From: Octopus sinensis
Taxonomy: Eukaryota
Assembly: GCF_006345805.1 (NCBI RefSeq)
Contig: NC_043004.1
Location: 76,322,001 to 76,386,000 of the forward strand
Direction of reading: 5' to 3'
DNA: 64,000 bases
Numbering within the stretch: position 1 is the stretch's first letter; the number at the start of each line of letters is the position of its first letter. The notes beneath the pieces are model-generated. The model was not told where the DNA came from and made no database searches. It saw nothing but the letters and a program-made list of their open reading frames with translations. Below, piece by piece: positions 1 to 11,610 of this stretch. A program made the translations under genes and the position numbers.

Positions 1-291
1 AGAAATATGGCGTCTAAGAAAGAGAGAGAGAGAGAGACAGGCAGAAAACAAAGAGGACACGGTCTGGGTGTGTGTGATGGCGGTGGTGCTGTTAGAAGCG
101 GAGGAAATTGTAAATCATGGAAGATAAATGAAATCAGTTGAAATCCAGACATCATCCCTTGCATAAGTCTTCTTATTCTCTCTTTCTCTCTCTTTTTCCT
201 TCTCTTTCTTTCATTCTCTGTATATGTGAATGTGCGTGCGTATGTGTGTGTATATACCTATACATACATACATACATGTATAAATGGTTTC

Positions 292-293
<2 letters not shown>

Positions 294-359
<66 letters not shown>

Positions 360-533
360 TCCCAAATTTTGGCACAAGGCCAGTAATTTCGGGGGATTAC
401 ATCGACTCCAGTATTAAAATGGTACTTATTTTATCGACTCCGAAAGGATGAAGGGCAAAGTCGACCCCGGCGATATATACATATACATATACATATACAT
501 ACATACATACATACATACATACATACATACTAC

Positions 534-564
<31 letters not shown>

Positions 565-573
565 ATATAATAT

Positions 574-629
<56 letters not shown>

Positions 630-633
630 ATAT

Positions 634-665
<32 letters not shown>

Positions 666-715
666 TATATATATAATATATATATAATACACACACACAC
701 ACACATATATATATA
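294..715. repeat. (CA)n then (TA)n/(TACA)n microsatellites flanking a SINE-B fragment (355-470)
   Basis: Direct reading; 355-470 carries the SINE-B core cgactccgaaaggatgaagggcaaagtcgacc. Confidence 0.9.
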
Positions 716-716
716 T

Positions 717-1102
717 AGGTGCAGGAATGGTTGTGTGGTAATTAGCTTACTTACCAAACACATGATTCCGGGTTCAGTCCTACTGCGTGGAAAATGTCTT
801 CTACTATAGCCTAGGGCCGACCAGAACCTTGTGAGTGGATTTGGTAGACGGAAACTGAAAGAAGCCCGTCGTATATATGTATATGAGTGTCTATGTTTCT
901 GTGTCTGTGTTTGCCCCCCCCCCACCCCAACATCGCTTGATAACCGATACTTGTGTGTTTACCTAGCGGTTCGGCAAAAGAGAGCCACAGAATAAGTACT
1001 AGGCTTACAAGGAATAAGTCTTGGGATCGATTTGCACGACTAAAGGCGGTGCTCCAGCAGGGCCGCAGTCAAATAACTGAAACAAGTAAAAGAATAAAAG
1101 AA
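717..1102 (+). mobile_element. SINE family A (tRNA-like head, CORE-like domain, internal microsatellite, LINE-type tail)
   Basis: Degenerate head and body; tail aaggcggtgctccagca...gcagtcaaataactgaaacaagtaaaaga; >15 related copies in the window. Confidence 0.9.
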
Positions 1103-1125
1103 TATATAATATATATATATATTTA

Positions 1126-1508
1126 TCTCTCTCTCTCTATAAACGGCAGTTTGTCTGTGCGTGTTTCTGTGTGTCTGTTTGCTTGTACCCTCACCCTGAC
1201 ACGGCTTTCAACCGATTCTGATGAACTTGGACACACACGTAGCCCAATGTCATAATTCAAAACTAACGCAGCGAAAATTTTGAAAAGTTCCCCCAGTTCT
1301 GAAAAAAGACGATAAATTCGACATGGGGTCGAGAATCAGGAACCACCACAAAACTGTGTAGGGGACGCAACTCCACCTTTGTTAACTATCAAAAAAAATT
1401 TACCATCATTTTTTTCCATTTTTTTGCTATTTTTTGGCTATAACTCTCTAAAAATGCTTTATAGTTATTTCCCTTACAAACCTGAGCAACGCCGGGCGAT
1501 ACTGCTAG
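1126..1508 (+). mobile_element. Non-autonomous Helitron
   Basis: A|TC start; 3' hairpin cctgagcaacgccggg then CTAG|T; 3' ~120 bp shared with 18535-18927. Confidence 0.75.
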
Positions 1509-1654
1509 TTTATTTATATTTTTATATATATATTAAGGGCAAGAGCACAAAAAGGAGACACCGCGGGACAAACATACATTTGTGCTTAAGTATATACATA
1601 CATACATACATACATATCATCGTTTAACGTCCGCCTTTCATTCTGGCATGTATA

Positions 1655-1715
<61 letters not shown>

Positions 1716-1853
1716 GGAGGTAGAGAGAGAGAGAGTGATAGTACAGACATATATACATACATGTATGCATACATAGGTACTGACACACAGATACACACAC
1801 ACACACACACACACGCACACACACACACACACACTCACACACACACACACACA

Positions 1854-1891
<38 letters not shown>

Positions 1892-2065
1892 CACATATGC
1901 CTCCTCTCCCGTGTTGTCTCAGAAATTAATGCTCAGAGCCATGTAAACTAGATTCTGCTGAAATGCTATAATTTGAAAATGGAGCGTGTCTCTGGGTACG
2001 CGAATGTTCGCGGGTATGAATGTATGCTAGTATATATGACTGCAGGTGTGTGTGTGTGTGTGTGT

Positions 2066-2103
<38 letters not shown>

Positions 2104-2291
2104 GTGTGTCCGTATGTGCATGTTGAACATGCGCTGAAGAATGTAAAGAATGCGAGAAAATATGTCTGCCTCTATGAATATATTTAGGATGAACGATGGT
2201 TGCTGATGGTTTATATATAGTTATAGCAATTGAGAAGTTGGGCAGTACTTGGAGAACTCTTCGAACGCGATGGGGAATGAGTGCTTAATCA

Positions 2292-2458
2292 GGTAAAGGA
2301 ATGGTTCTCTGGTTAAGAAGCAAGTTTTACAAGAACGTGGTTTGGAGTTCAATCCCACTGCGTGGTACCTTGGGAAAGTGTCTTCTACAGAAAAAGCAGA
2401 TCCGACCAATGCATTTGGGAAGAATTTGATAGGCGGAAACTGACGAAGTCCGTCGTAT
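2292..2458 (+). mobile_element. SINE-A 5' half, diverged
   Basis: gttcaatcccactgcgtggtaccttgggaaagtgtcttc matches family A. Confidence 0.75.
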
Positions 2459-2800
2459 GTGTGAATGTATGTATGTATGTATGTATGTATGTATGTATGT
2501 ATGTATGTATGTATGTATGTATGTATGTATGAATGTATGTATGTATGCATGTATGTATGTATGTATGTATGAATGTATGTATGTATGTATGTATGTATGT
2601 ATGTATGTATGTATGTATGTATGTATGTATGTATGGTATTATGTATGTATATGTATGTATGAATGTATGTATGTATTATGTTTGTTGTATGTATGTATGT
2701 ATGTATGTATGTATGTATGTATGTATGTATGAATGTATGTATGTATGTATGTATGTATGTATGTTATGTATGTATTATGTATGTATGTATGTAATGCATG
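2458..2800. repeat. (TATG)n microsatellite
   Basis: Direct reading. Confidence 0.95.
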
Positions 2801-2802
2801 CA

Positions 2803-2948
2803 TGCGTGGTTGTGTGGCTTTCCCAACCACATGGTTCCAGGTTCAGTCCCACTGCGTGACATCTTGGACTAAGTGTCTTTTTCTATAGCCTCGGGCGACC
2901 AAAGCCTTGGCATGAATTTGGTAGGCAGAAACTGGAAGAAGCTCGTCG

Positions 2949-3017
<69 letters not shown>

Positions 3018-3248
3018 GTATATATTTATATGTGTGAGCGTGTGTGTGTTCTCGCCATCGCTTGACAACCGATGGTGGTGTGTTTATGTACCCGTAACTT
3101 AGCGGTTCGGCAACAGAGTCCGATGGAATAAGTACTAAGCTTACAAAGAATAAGTCCTGGGATCAATACCTACGACTAATGCCCTTTAAGGCGGTGCTCC
3201 AGCATGGCCGCAGTCAAATGACTGAAGCAAGTAAAAGAATAAAAGAAT
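2803..3248 (+). mobile_element. SINE-A
   Basis: Body plus tail gcggtgctccagcatggccgcagtcaaatgactgaagcaagtaaaaga. Confidence 0.9.
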
Positions 3249-3260
3249 GCATATATCAGT

Positions 3261-3292
<32 letters not shown>

Positions 3293-3309
3293 GTGTGTGT
3301 GTGTGTGTG

Positions 3310-3372
3310 AATGATGTAGACGCCTCTGATGAGGACCCAGTAAGGTTTGAAAATTGATTAAGGTTCATCATT
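3310..3372 (+). ncRNA. Minimal type I hammerhead ribozyme motif
   Basis: gcct-CTGATGA-ggacc(cagtaa)ggttt-GAAA-a(ttga)t-TA-aggt; stem I extended by aatgatg/catcatt; UUA triplet. Confidence 0.6.
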
Positions 3373-3413
3373 TTTTCCGTCTGCGAGAAATGGCTAAAAT
3401 TTGCCCTGTTACG

Positions 3414-3456
<43 letters not shown>

Positions 3457-3539
3457 TTATATTATATATGTATATATATAAATCAAAAAAAAACAGAGAG
3501 TTTACTTACTTGCGACAAATGTGTAACATGTGACAATAT

Positions 3540-3815
3540 TGAACCGAGGTTACCGCGGTCTTTTCCGTGGGCTTTTCTTTCCACGGATAAGCCCTATCTG
3601 CTTCACCCTTTACACTTAACATCATGACATTTCCGTGATACACGATCCCCATTGAACGTTTTTTTCTTTTTTTCTTTTCTTTCTTTTTTTCTTTTCTTTC
3701 CCTTTACGATTCCTTTTGATCGAAACCTACCCCACTTTTTTTTCTCGCCATAAAGAAAGCTCTACTTTGTAATCTGTCCCGTCTGTGTGCAGCCTGTGTG
3801 GCTAATAAAGAACAT
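3540..3815 (+). mobile_element. Probable LINE 3' UTR fragment with a tail resembling SINE-B
   Basis: Ends ctgtcccgtctgtgtgcagcctgtgtggctaataaagaac, similar to the SINE-B tail. Confidence 0.4.
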
Positions 3816-3847
3816 ATCTATCTATCTATCTATCTTCTATCTATCTC

Positions 3848-3919
<72 letters not shown>

Positions 3920-3948
3920 GCTATCTATTTAGTGTGTGTATGTCTATG

Positions 3949-3980
<32 letters not shown>

Positions 3981-4118
3981 TAATATATATATATTATATA
4001 TATATATTATATATATACCGGAGTAAACACATAAATGTGAAACAAGGTGGAAAAAAGAGTACTCAATACCAGTGTAGAGTAATATGCTTTATTTAAGCAG
4101 CAGAAAATTCAACAAAGT

Positions 4119-4156
4119 CTGTTACTCTGAGTTTCTCGTTGCCGTTCATCAGACAG
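4119..4156 (-). ncRNA. Minimal type I HHR (inverted copy)
   Basis: Reverse complement of 4300-4337. Confidence 0.7.
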
Positions 4157-4299
4157 TTTTTGCTAGAATGGAACCGATATATCAATTCAATCTAGACTCT
4201 TACAACGCTTTAGACTCTTTTTTTTTTTTTTTTTTTTTTAAAGGTGTAGCGTTTGTGAGTCTAGACTTCAATTGATATATCGGTTCCATTCTAGCAAAA

Positions 4300-4337
4300 C
4301 TGTCTGATGAACGGCAACGAGAAACTCAGAGTAACAG
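4300..4337 (+). ncRNA. Minimal type I HHR
   Basis: ctgt-CTGATGA-acg(gcaa)cga-GAAA-ctc(a)gag-TA-acag; GUA triplet, palindromic stem III. Confidence 0.7.
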
Positions 4338-4519
4338 ATTTTGTTGAATTTTCTCTTCTTTTTAAATAAAGATATATATAACTATATATATATATATATC
4401 TATATATATATAATTATATATATATATTATATATATATATATAATATATATATATATATATAATATTATATATATATATATATATATAATATATTAATAA
4501 TATATATCATATATATATA

Positions 4520-4760
4520 TAATTTGATGTGCCCTGTTTTTGTTTCTGGTTTGCCCCCACCCCTCGTCGTTGACAACCAGTTTTGGTTTGTACACGTCCT
4601 CGTACCAAGCGGTCCGGCAAAAGAGAACGCTAGACTAAGTACCAGTTTGAGACTTAACTTTGAAAATAAGTACTGGAGGGGTCGATTTGTCCTACTAGAA
4701 CCCTTCAAGGCGGTGCCCCCAACATGGCCGTGCTCCAACGATCGAAACAAGTAACAGATA
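4520..4760 (+). mobile_element. SINE-A 3' half
   Basis: cccttcaaggcggtgcccccaacatggccgtg...gaaacaagta. Confidence 0.75.
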
Positions 4761-4805
4761 AACACGACAAAGAATTCGAAAGAGAGAGAGTGAGAGAGAG
4801 AGAGA

Positions 4806-4843
<38 letters not shown>

Positions 4844-5491
4844 TGTCGAGGAAGAAATAGAAAAGTGGGCGGGGGGAGCGTGAAGCGGAAGAGAAGAAAG
4901 GATTAAGAATTTTATAAATGCGATTTATATATATTAGTAATAACATTTCTGTTATTGCTGTTGTCATCATCATCATCATCATCATCATTATTATTACTAT
5001 TATTATTATTATTATTATTACTATTATTATTATTATTATTATTACTATTATTATTATTATTATTATTACTATTATTATTATTATTATTACTATTATTATT
5101 ATTATCACTATCGTATGTCGTAAAGGAGATTTAGGTACAAATACTTAAGACCATAAGAAACAGAATCAATATTAATATGCTTTAGCGTTTACCTTCTAAG
5201 TGCGGAACAATATCTTCATGGACACGGACACACACACACACACACACACGCACACACACACACACACACACGCACACACACACACCACACACATGCACAC
5301 AAGCGCAAAAGCAAGCACAAGCATGCGTACACATGCACATAGCTGCATATCAGTGTGTGTGACTGTATGTGCGTGTGTATGACGGTACACATGCATGCAC
5401 GTATGTGTATATATGTATTTGTATGTACGTATATATACATTTACACGTACACACATACATGTATGAATAGGTGTGTGTGTGTGTGTGTGTA

Positions 5492-5530
<39 letters not shown>

Positions 5531-6019
5531 ATGTGTGTGTGCGTGCGCGTGTGTGTCTTGTTGACCTCATACAAATTTGGAAACTTCGAGAGAACATGAA
5601 ATAATTCTTTTTTGGAACGGTTTAACTCGAAACTGATAAATCTATACATAGTTGTGAGTAAATATTGGATTAAAAGAAATCTTTGGATAAAAAAAAAGTC
5701 GAAGTCTGCCATGTACCAGGCCAAAGTTTGCGGCCATATTTGGGCACCCCTATTATAATCACTTTTTCGGTGGTCATTCTCATATGGTTGGATTTTCATG
5801 GATGAGAGAGTTTGATATTGCTGCCTTCATTTGACTCTCTTCTGGTGATATAGGCTCACCTGCGACCTTGGAAAGCAGAAAGTCAAGGTGCTTCTTAGAA
5901 ATATGTATCCCAACTCCATGTAGATCTTTCGGATTTTTTTTTTTGCTAAGATATTAAACAACCAGTTGTGGGCTCTTCGATTCCAAACTATTTCATTATC
6001 TGGTCCTCACTTAGTCCTT

Positions 6020-7650
6020 GCTGAAATACCCTAAACCTAACCAAAATGCCAACTAATCAACCCGACAAAGACAGAGCTAGGTTTAGTGAGCCCAAATTAC
6101 TAAGGGATATTAATAACAAAATTAAGGCATCTTCCAACCCGTTACTATGGACAGATATCTTCTCGGTGATATGTCGGTTCCAATCCAACCTCAATACAAG
6201 GAAAGCAAAATTCACACTTTATGACATTGTGAATTTCTATCCGTCAATATCCGAATCCTTGCTGCGTAATGCATTGCCGTTTGCGCGTCTATTTGTAATC
6301 TTTGATGAGCAAGAAATACGCCTCATTACGAACACTTGTAAAACGCTGTCATTTTGTGGCGGATCTGTTCAAGCTAAAAATGATAACACTTGTGAACTAT
6401 TTGATATCCCAATGGGTTCAGATAAAAGCGCAGATATACGAGGGGGCGCGGAAAAGTTCTTGGCTTTGGGTAAAAGAAAATATCGGAGGATCAGTTAATT
6501 ATGATTTTATTCAGCCGATTTCTCTCTTAGGCCCACACACTTATTGCAGCGGTCCTTCAGTTGTTCTTAAGCGTTGGAAAACAACTCGGAAGATTGGGCC
6601 TCCCTTAAAGCCAGGAACTTTTCAGTACACCCTTATATGCGATTTGATTAGTTTGTACATATCAAACCATTTAAATTCTCTAACCAAGGTATTTGTATTT
6701 ATTAGGACAATGCTTTGGCAGTGTAGCACAATTGTGAAGGCTGCGATATGGATTCCTTCCGAAAACAGTTCACACTAACCTAAATAAACTGAAGGATTAG
6801 ATGTTTCCCTAGACCTAAAGACCAATCCTATGAACCTAAAGAAAATGTAAAATATATCAATAAATACTTTTATCACCTACCTATTATATTTAGAAACTGA
6901 ATTCCCAACATTAGCCAGAAAATCAATAACATGTTTTCATTTGGAGAAATATCTGAAAAGCCATCCCCATATTATAATAATGTTTCACAGGATAGCCGCT
7001 TCATTGATAAAATATTTTATAACCCTCCTTCTCCTCCCCAACCATCAAGTAGTAAGATTAGACCCCGCAATATTTTGTGGTTCACCCCACTCTTCTCCCT
7101 AAATGTTGGGACAAATATAGATAGAAAATCTTTACTCTTATTAAATAATCACTCTCCCAACAACCATAGGTATAGAAATCGAATCTGTCCTGGATCCACA
7201 TACAGTGCTAAATCTAAATCTCCTCTAGGGCAGACACATAATATATCCTCCGTTGTTAATGAAGCACAAGCGTCGGCAAACTATGCCAAGAGCCGAACTG
7301 ATACCAAATGTTATGTAGGATCTGTGGAGGGATAATTTAAATTCAGATACAACAACCATCTTTCAACTTTTAGACACATCAAGATTTCTTCATGTCCACA
7401 TTATACAAAATACATCTTGGCGGGAATTAAAGATAAATCACGGCCACATCATAACGCATTCCAGTGTTGGTTTATGTAATTTTTGATATTCACAATGCAC
7501 TCGTTATATTTCCAATGCAGTTAATTATCTCCCTGTGATAGCTCTGTGTCTTTTTCTAAATGTGAGTTTTATTCAAACGCCGTTACTGAACCGTCTTATC
7601 TTTATCAGTTTGATAAATGAAAGAAGCCTTGGCAGCTGTATTTCATAAGA
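6020..7650 (+). pseudogene. Degraded Penelope-like element, RT plus C-terminal GIY-YIG endonuclease
   Basis: Fragments YDIVNFYPSISESLL, LFDIPMGS, LDVSLDL, RPRNILWFTPLFSLNVGTNI, KCYVGSVEG*FKFRYNNHLSTF; many stops and frameshifts. Confidence 0.85.
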
Positions 7651-8142
7651 TCTTTGTGTGTGTGTGTGTGGTTATTATTATAATAATGGTATCTATACTG
7701 TCTTAACTGTTCCAGCTCTATACTACATATTGGAAATCATACCACGTGGATATATGTACACTTACACATACATAAAAATGTACATAATTTATATATATAT
7801 ATATTATATATATATATATATATATAATATAATATATTAAATAAGAAATGGAACCAAAATAATAATTGAACAATTAAATAATTTAATTATTAAATGATAA
7901 ATTCAATTAATTAAGTTATTTTATACAAACAAATAACACATCTAATTAAATTAAGCAACAGTTTAGCAATGTAATACCAAAAAAGAAAATTGTAATTGTC
8001 AATAAAAATGACAGAGGATGTTAGAACACCTACAATGCTAGAAATAAGAAGTAAAGTACTCTGATGCTGCAGTCAACGCACATAATTGTATTCATACATA
8101 CTGACAGTGATTGTAAACGGCCGAAAGTGGCAGTCGTAATAT

Positions 8143-8193
8143 CCTTATACCGTCGACGGTTTCGGCCCGAAGACTGAGGCCTCTTCAGTAGGG
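8143..8193 (-). ncRNA. Minimal type I HHR
   Basis: cccta-CTGAAGA-ggcc(tcagtcttcg)ggcc-GAAA-ccgtcgacgg-TA-taagg; palindromic stem III, GUA triplet, one stem I mismatch. Confidence 0.75.
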
Positions 8194-8380
8194 TCAGTAC
8201 AACTCGCCAGATTCCGCATAAGACACCACCAATTCACATGTATGTATGTATGTATGTATGTATGTATGTATGTATGTATGTATGTATGTATGTCTTCCGG
8301 TCTTTCAAAATGTGACTCGTGTGTACCGTTGGCGATTTTTTTCCTTTGTCTTCCCTTCTCTGGATCTTTCCTTCTCCTAT

Positions 8381-8415
8381 GTTTCCGACGAAGAGCTCCG
8401 CTCGAAACGTTAAAG
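8381..8415 (+). ncRNA. Degenerate minimal HHR (U4 to C)
   Basis: gttt-CCGACGA-a-gagc(tcc)gctc-GAAA-cg-TT-aaag. Confidence 0.5.
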
Positions 8416-9076
8416 CCCCCTTCTTTCCTTCTTTCCTGAGCGTCCAATAATACTATATTTGTTCCACGTCCTCGCGTTGTTGTGTTTTTTTTGTGCTTTC
8501 TTGTTTGGATTAACTTTATATATAATTATATATATACATACGAGCAAAACGCCACCCCCCATCCAATGGACGGTGCTGAGTTGTCAAACATTTAAACCAA
8601 ATTTTCTCAAAACAACTTGTCCGACCGTCCCATAGGCCTTCCCCTTGAGAAACACTGATTTAACCAAAATTTGAGACACCAGCAAAAGAAGAAATAAAAA
8701 TAGACTTTTTCTATTCCAAAGAAAAACGATTTTATTCACACAAATATGTAACCGAAGAGTTTAAAGTATCAGTAATGATAAGGCTGTTGACTGGGAGATG
8801 GTTTAAACAGTAAGCTTGGCAGGAAAGAAACGTGCCTTTAAGCAGTACAAAAACAACAAAAAATGGAAGGTGCAGTTATGTACAGGTTGACGGAAGAAAA
8901 GCAGGACAAAAACGACTTTATCGATCGCATTCTCACCTGGAATCGATTTTTGTGATTTTTTCAAGACTTATACACGCCCTGATATCTACATATCAAATTT
9001 GAGCGCAATTGGATGGAGGATGCCAGAGATCCGAGAAGATACACATACACACAGACAGAACGGATTTTATATAAGA

Positions 9077-9115
<39 letters not shown>

Positions 9116-10090
9116 TTAACACACACACACTTATGCATGTACTGTGTGCGTGTGCGCGTGCATATATATATATATATATGTATATGTACATATGTTTGTG
9201 CGTGTGTGTATGTATACATAATTCGCGCGTGCACATACGCATACACACATACAGGTGCCTTGGATTTTGTATTTAAAAAAGGTAATTTACACCATACCTT
9301 GATATGTTTGTGTTTGAGTATGTCCAATATATGAATGTGTATATGTGCGTGTATGTGCTTGTGTGTATGTGTGTGTGTGTGTGTGTGTGCATCTGTGTGT
9401 GTATGTGCGCGTGCGTGTGTGCGTCTGTCTCTGCGTATCTATGCTTATATGCATATGTGTACGTGCGTGTTATGAGAATGTGTAATTTTGCGTTTGTTTA
9501 TGAATGTTTGCTTCGTGAAAAGAAGGATGTTTAGGAGATTGAAAAATGGTAAGATATTGGTTAGGGAGAAGGAAGTAACGGGTGCTGCGATGAAGAATTA
9601 TTTCATGAAAAGATAAGACAAAAAAAAACTAATTAAAAAAAAGAAGACTTTTAAAAAATAAAACATCGAATATTTTAGTGACTAAGCAGAGATATCGTAT
9701 TGTGAATTTCTCCATTCTCCAAACATGGAACCAGAAAGATGGAGAGTAGGAGGGTAGGAGGAATAGTGAAAGTGTGAAAGGGCCTGAAGGAAATTAGGAG
9801 GAACTTTCTACAGGAAAGTAAGAAATAAGTCCGCAGAATTCATCACGTGCTCTGTTTCGGTGGAATTCACTTCCGTTGTTAATTAGAATTTCATTGCTAT
9901 TATCTCCATCAAAAAGATTATTCTGCTCACCAAATTCTTTTCTTCAATGCCATATTTGAATTTATATATATTTGATTTTTGAAAGGTTGGTATGAAATTT
10001 TAATACACACCCACATACATACAGACATACATTCATACATACATACATACATACATACATACATACATACATACATACATACATACATAC

Positions 10091-10500
10091 ATTCCTTTAT
10101 TGCCCACAGGGGGATAAACATAAAAGAGACAAACAAGGACAAAGGGATTAAGTCGATTACACCGACTCCAGTGCATAACTGGTTCTTATTTAATCAAACC
10201 TGAAAGGATGAAAGGCAAAATCGACCTCGGCGGAATTTGAACTCAGAACGTAACGGCAGACGAAATACCTATTTCTTTACTACCCACAAGGGGCTAAGCA
10301 CAGAGGGGACAAACAAGGACAGACAAACGGATTAAGTCGATTATATCGACCCTAATGCGTAACTGGTACTTAATTTATCGACACTGAAAGGATGAAAGGC
10401 AAAGTCGACCTCGGCGGAATTTGAACTCAGAACGTAACGGCAGACGAAATACCGCTAAACATTTCACCCGGCGTGCTAACGATTCTGCCAGCTCGCCGCC
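10091..10500 (-). mobile_element. SINE family B, head-to-tail dimer
   Basis: Head ggcggcgagctggcagaatcgttag, B-box-like gagttcaaattcc, core gcctttcatcctttc; second unit lacks the first ~45 nt. Confidence 0.9.
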
Positions 10501-10736
10501 CTTACATACATATATACATACCTGTTAGCTATATATATGTATTCATGGGCCCGGAAACAGGGTGTGCAAAGGGTGCATGTGCACCCCTGGAATTTTTGCG
10601 GGGTGCAAAATCAAAGTTTACATCCCTACTTACTTTTCTCAGGTTTTGAAAACAGTGAATAAAAAGTGATCTGTAACATGTAGCTCGAAGGTAGGATTTT
10701 TTGTAAAAGAACAAAGAACAAAATGAATTTAAAACA

Positions 10737-11112
10737 AAAACAAGATCACTCAGAGAGCGCAAACCTCCGTCAAGGCAAAACCAACGTCCTCTCAACGATT
10801 ATCCACAGATGATTTTTAAAATAAGAATATCTGAAATAAACTCGAATGCTCTCACAAACGAGAATACTAAAAATGAACCCGACTGCATTCAAAAAATAAA
10901 AAAAAAAAACAGGAAAGATAATCCAGAATCCTTGTCCGGCACCGGATCGGTCCCAAAATCTAATCAGTTCGTACCAGTCACGGGACCAAACATCCCATAA
11001 AGTTTCATTTAAATCCATTCAGTGGTTCTTGAGATGTCTTGTCCATGGACAAACAAACAAGCAAACGCGACTGAAAACAATACCTCTGCCTTCGCTAAGG
11101 TGGAGGTAATAA
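10737..11112. mobile_element. Helentron-associated (HINE/DINE-1-like) non-autonomous element
   Basis: Subterminal acctccgtc near 10763; terminal hairpin acctctgcc-ttcgcta-aggtggaggt; (CAAA)n near the end. Confidence 0.65.
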
Positions 11113-11179
11113 AACCTTGTTTGTAAAAAGTTTTGGGCCTGGATTTGCACCCCCTAAGCAAATTTCTGTCCCAAACCAG

Positions 11180-11400
11180 AGTATGTATGTGTGTATGTAT
11201 GTATGTATGTACGTATGTATGTATGTATGTATGTATGTATGTATGTAGTATGTATGTATGTATGTATGTATGTATGTATGTACGTACGTACGTACGTATG
11301 TATGTTTGTACGTATGTATGTACGTACGTACGTATGTGTGTGGGTATGTATGCATGTATGTATGTATGTATGTATGTATGTATGTATTCATTTATATATG
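11180..11400. repeat. (TATG/TACG)n microsatellite
   Basis: Direct reading. Confidence 0.9.
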
Positions 11401-11409
11401 TATGCATAT

Positions 11410-11610
11410 ATATATGTTGGTTTGTTTACATCCCCTTTACCGAGCGATTCGGCAAAGCGAATGACAGAATGAATACCAGACTTCATTAAATAAATAAATA
11501 AATAAATAAATAAAAACAAGTACTGAGATCAATTAGTTCGACTCAATCTTTCAAGGCGGTACCCCAGCATGGCCGCAGTCGAATGACTGAAATGAGTAAA
11601 AGACGAAAGA
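11410..11610 (+). mobile_element. SINE-A 3' half, diverged
   Basis: ttcaaggcggtaccccagcatggccgcagtcgaatgactgaaat. Confidence 0.75.

Larger units (their letters stand above)
4010..4375. mobile_element. PLE-type pseudo-LTR fold-back with ~120 bp inverted arms (~4088-4209 / ~4247-4372)
   Basis: Arms are reverse complements; each holds an HHR; (TA)n flanks. Confidence 0.75.

Noticed and set aside
1218-1240. CTGATGA inside the Helitron as a possible HHR
   Set aside because: No stem II, GAAA or stem III follows.
7570-7640. Possible HHR at the 3' end of the 6-7.6 kb PLE
   Set aside because: A hairpin and GAAA-g..c-TT are present, but the CUGANGA core is not recoverable.
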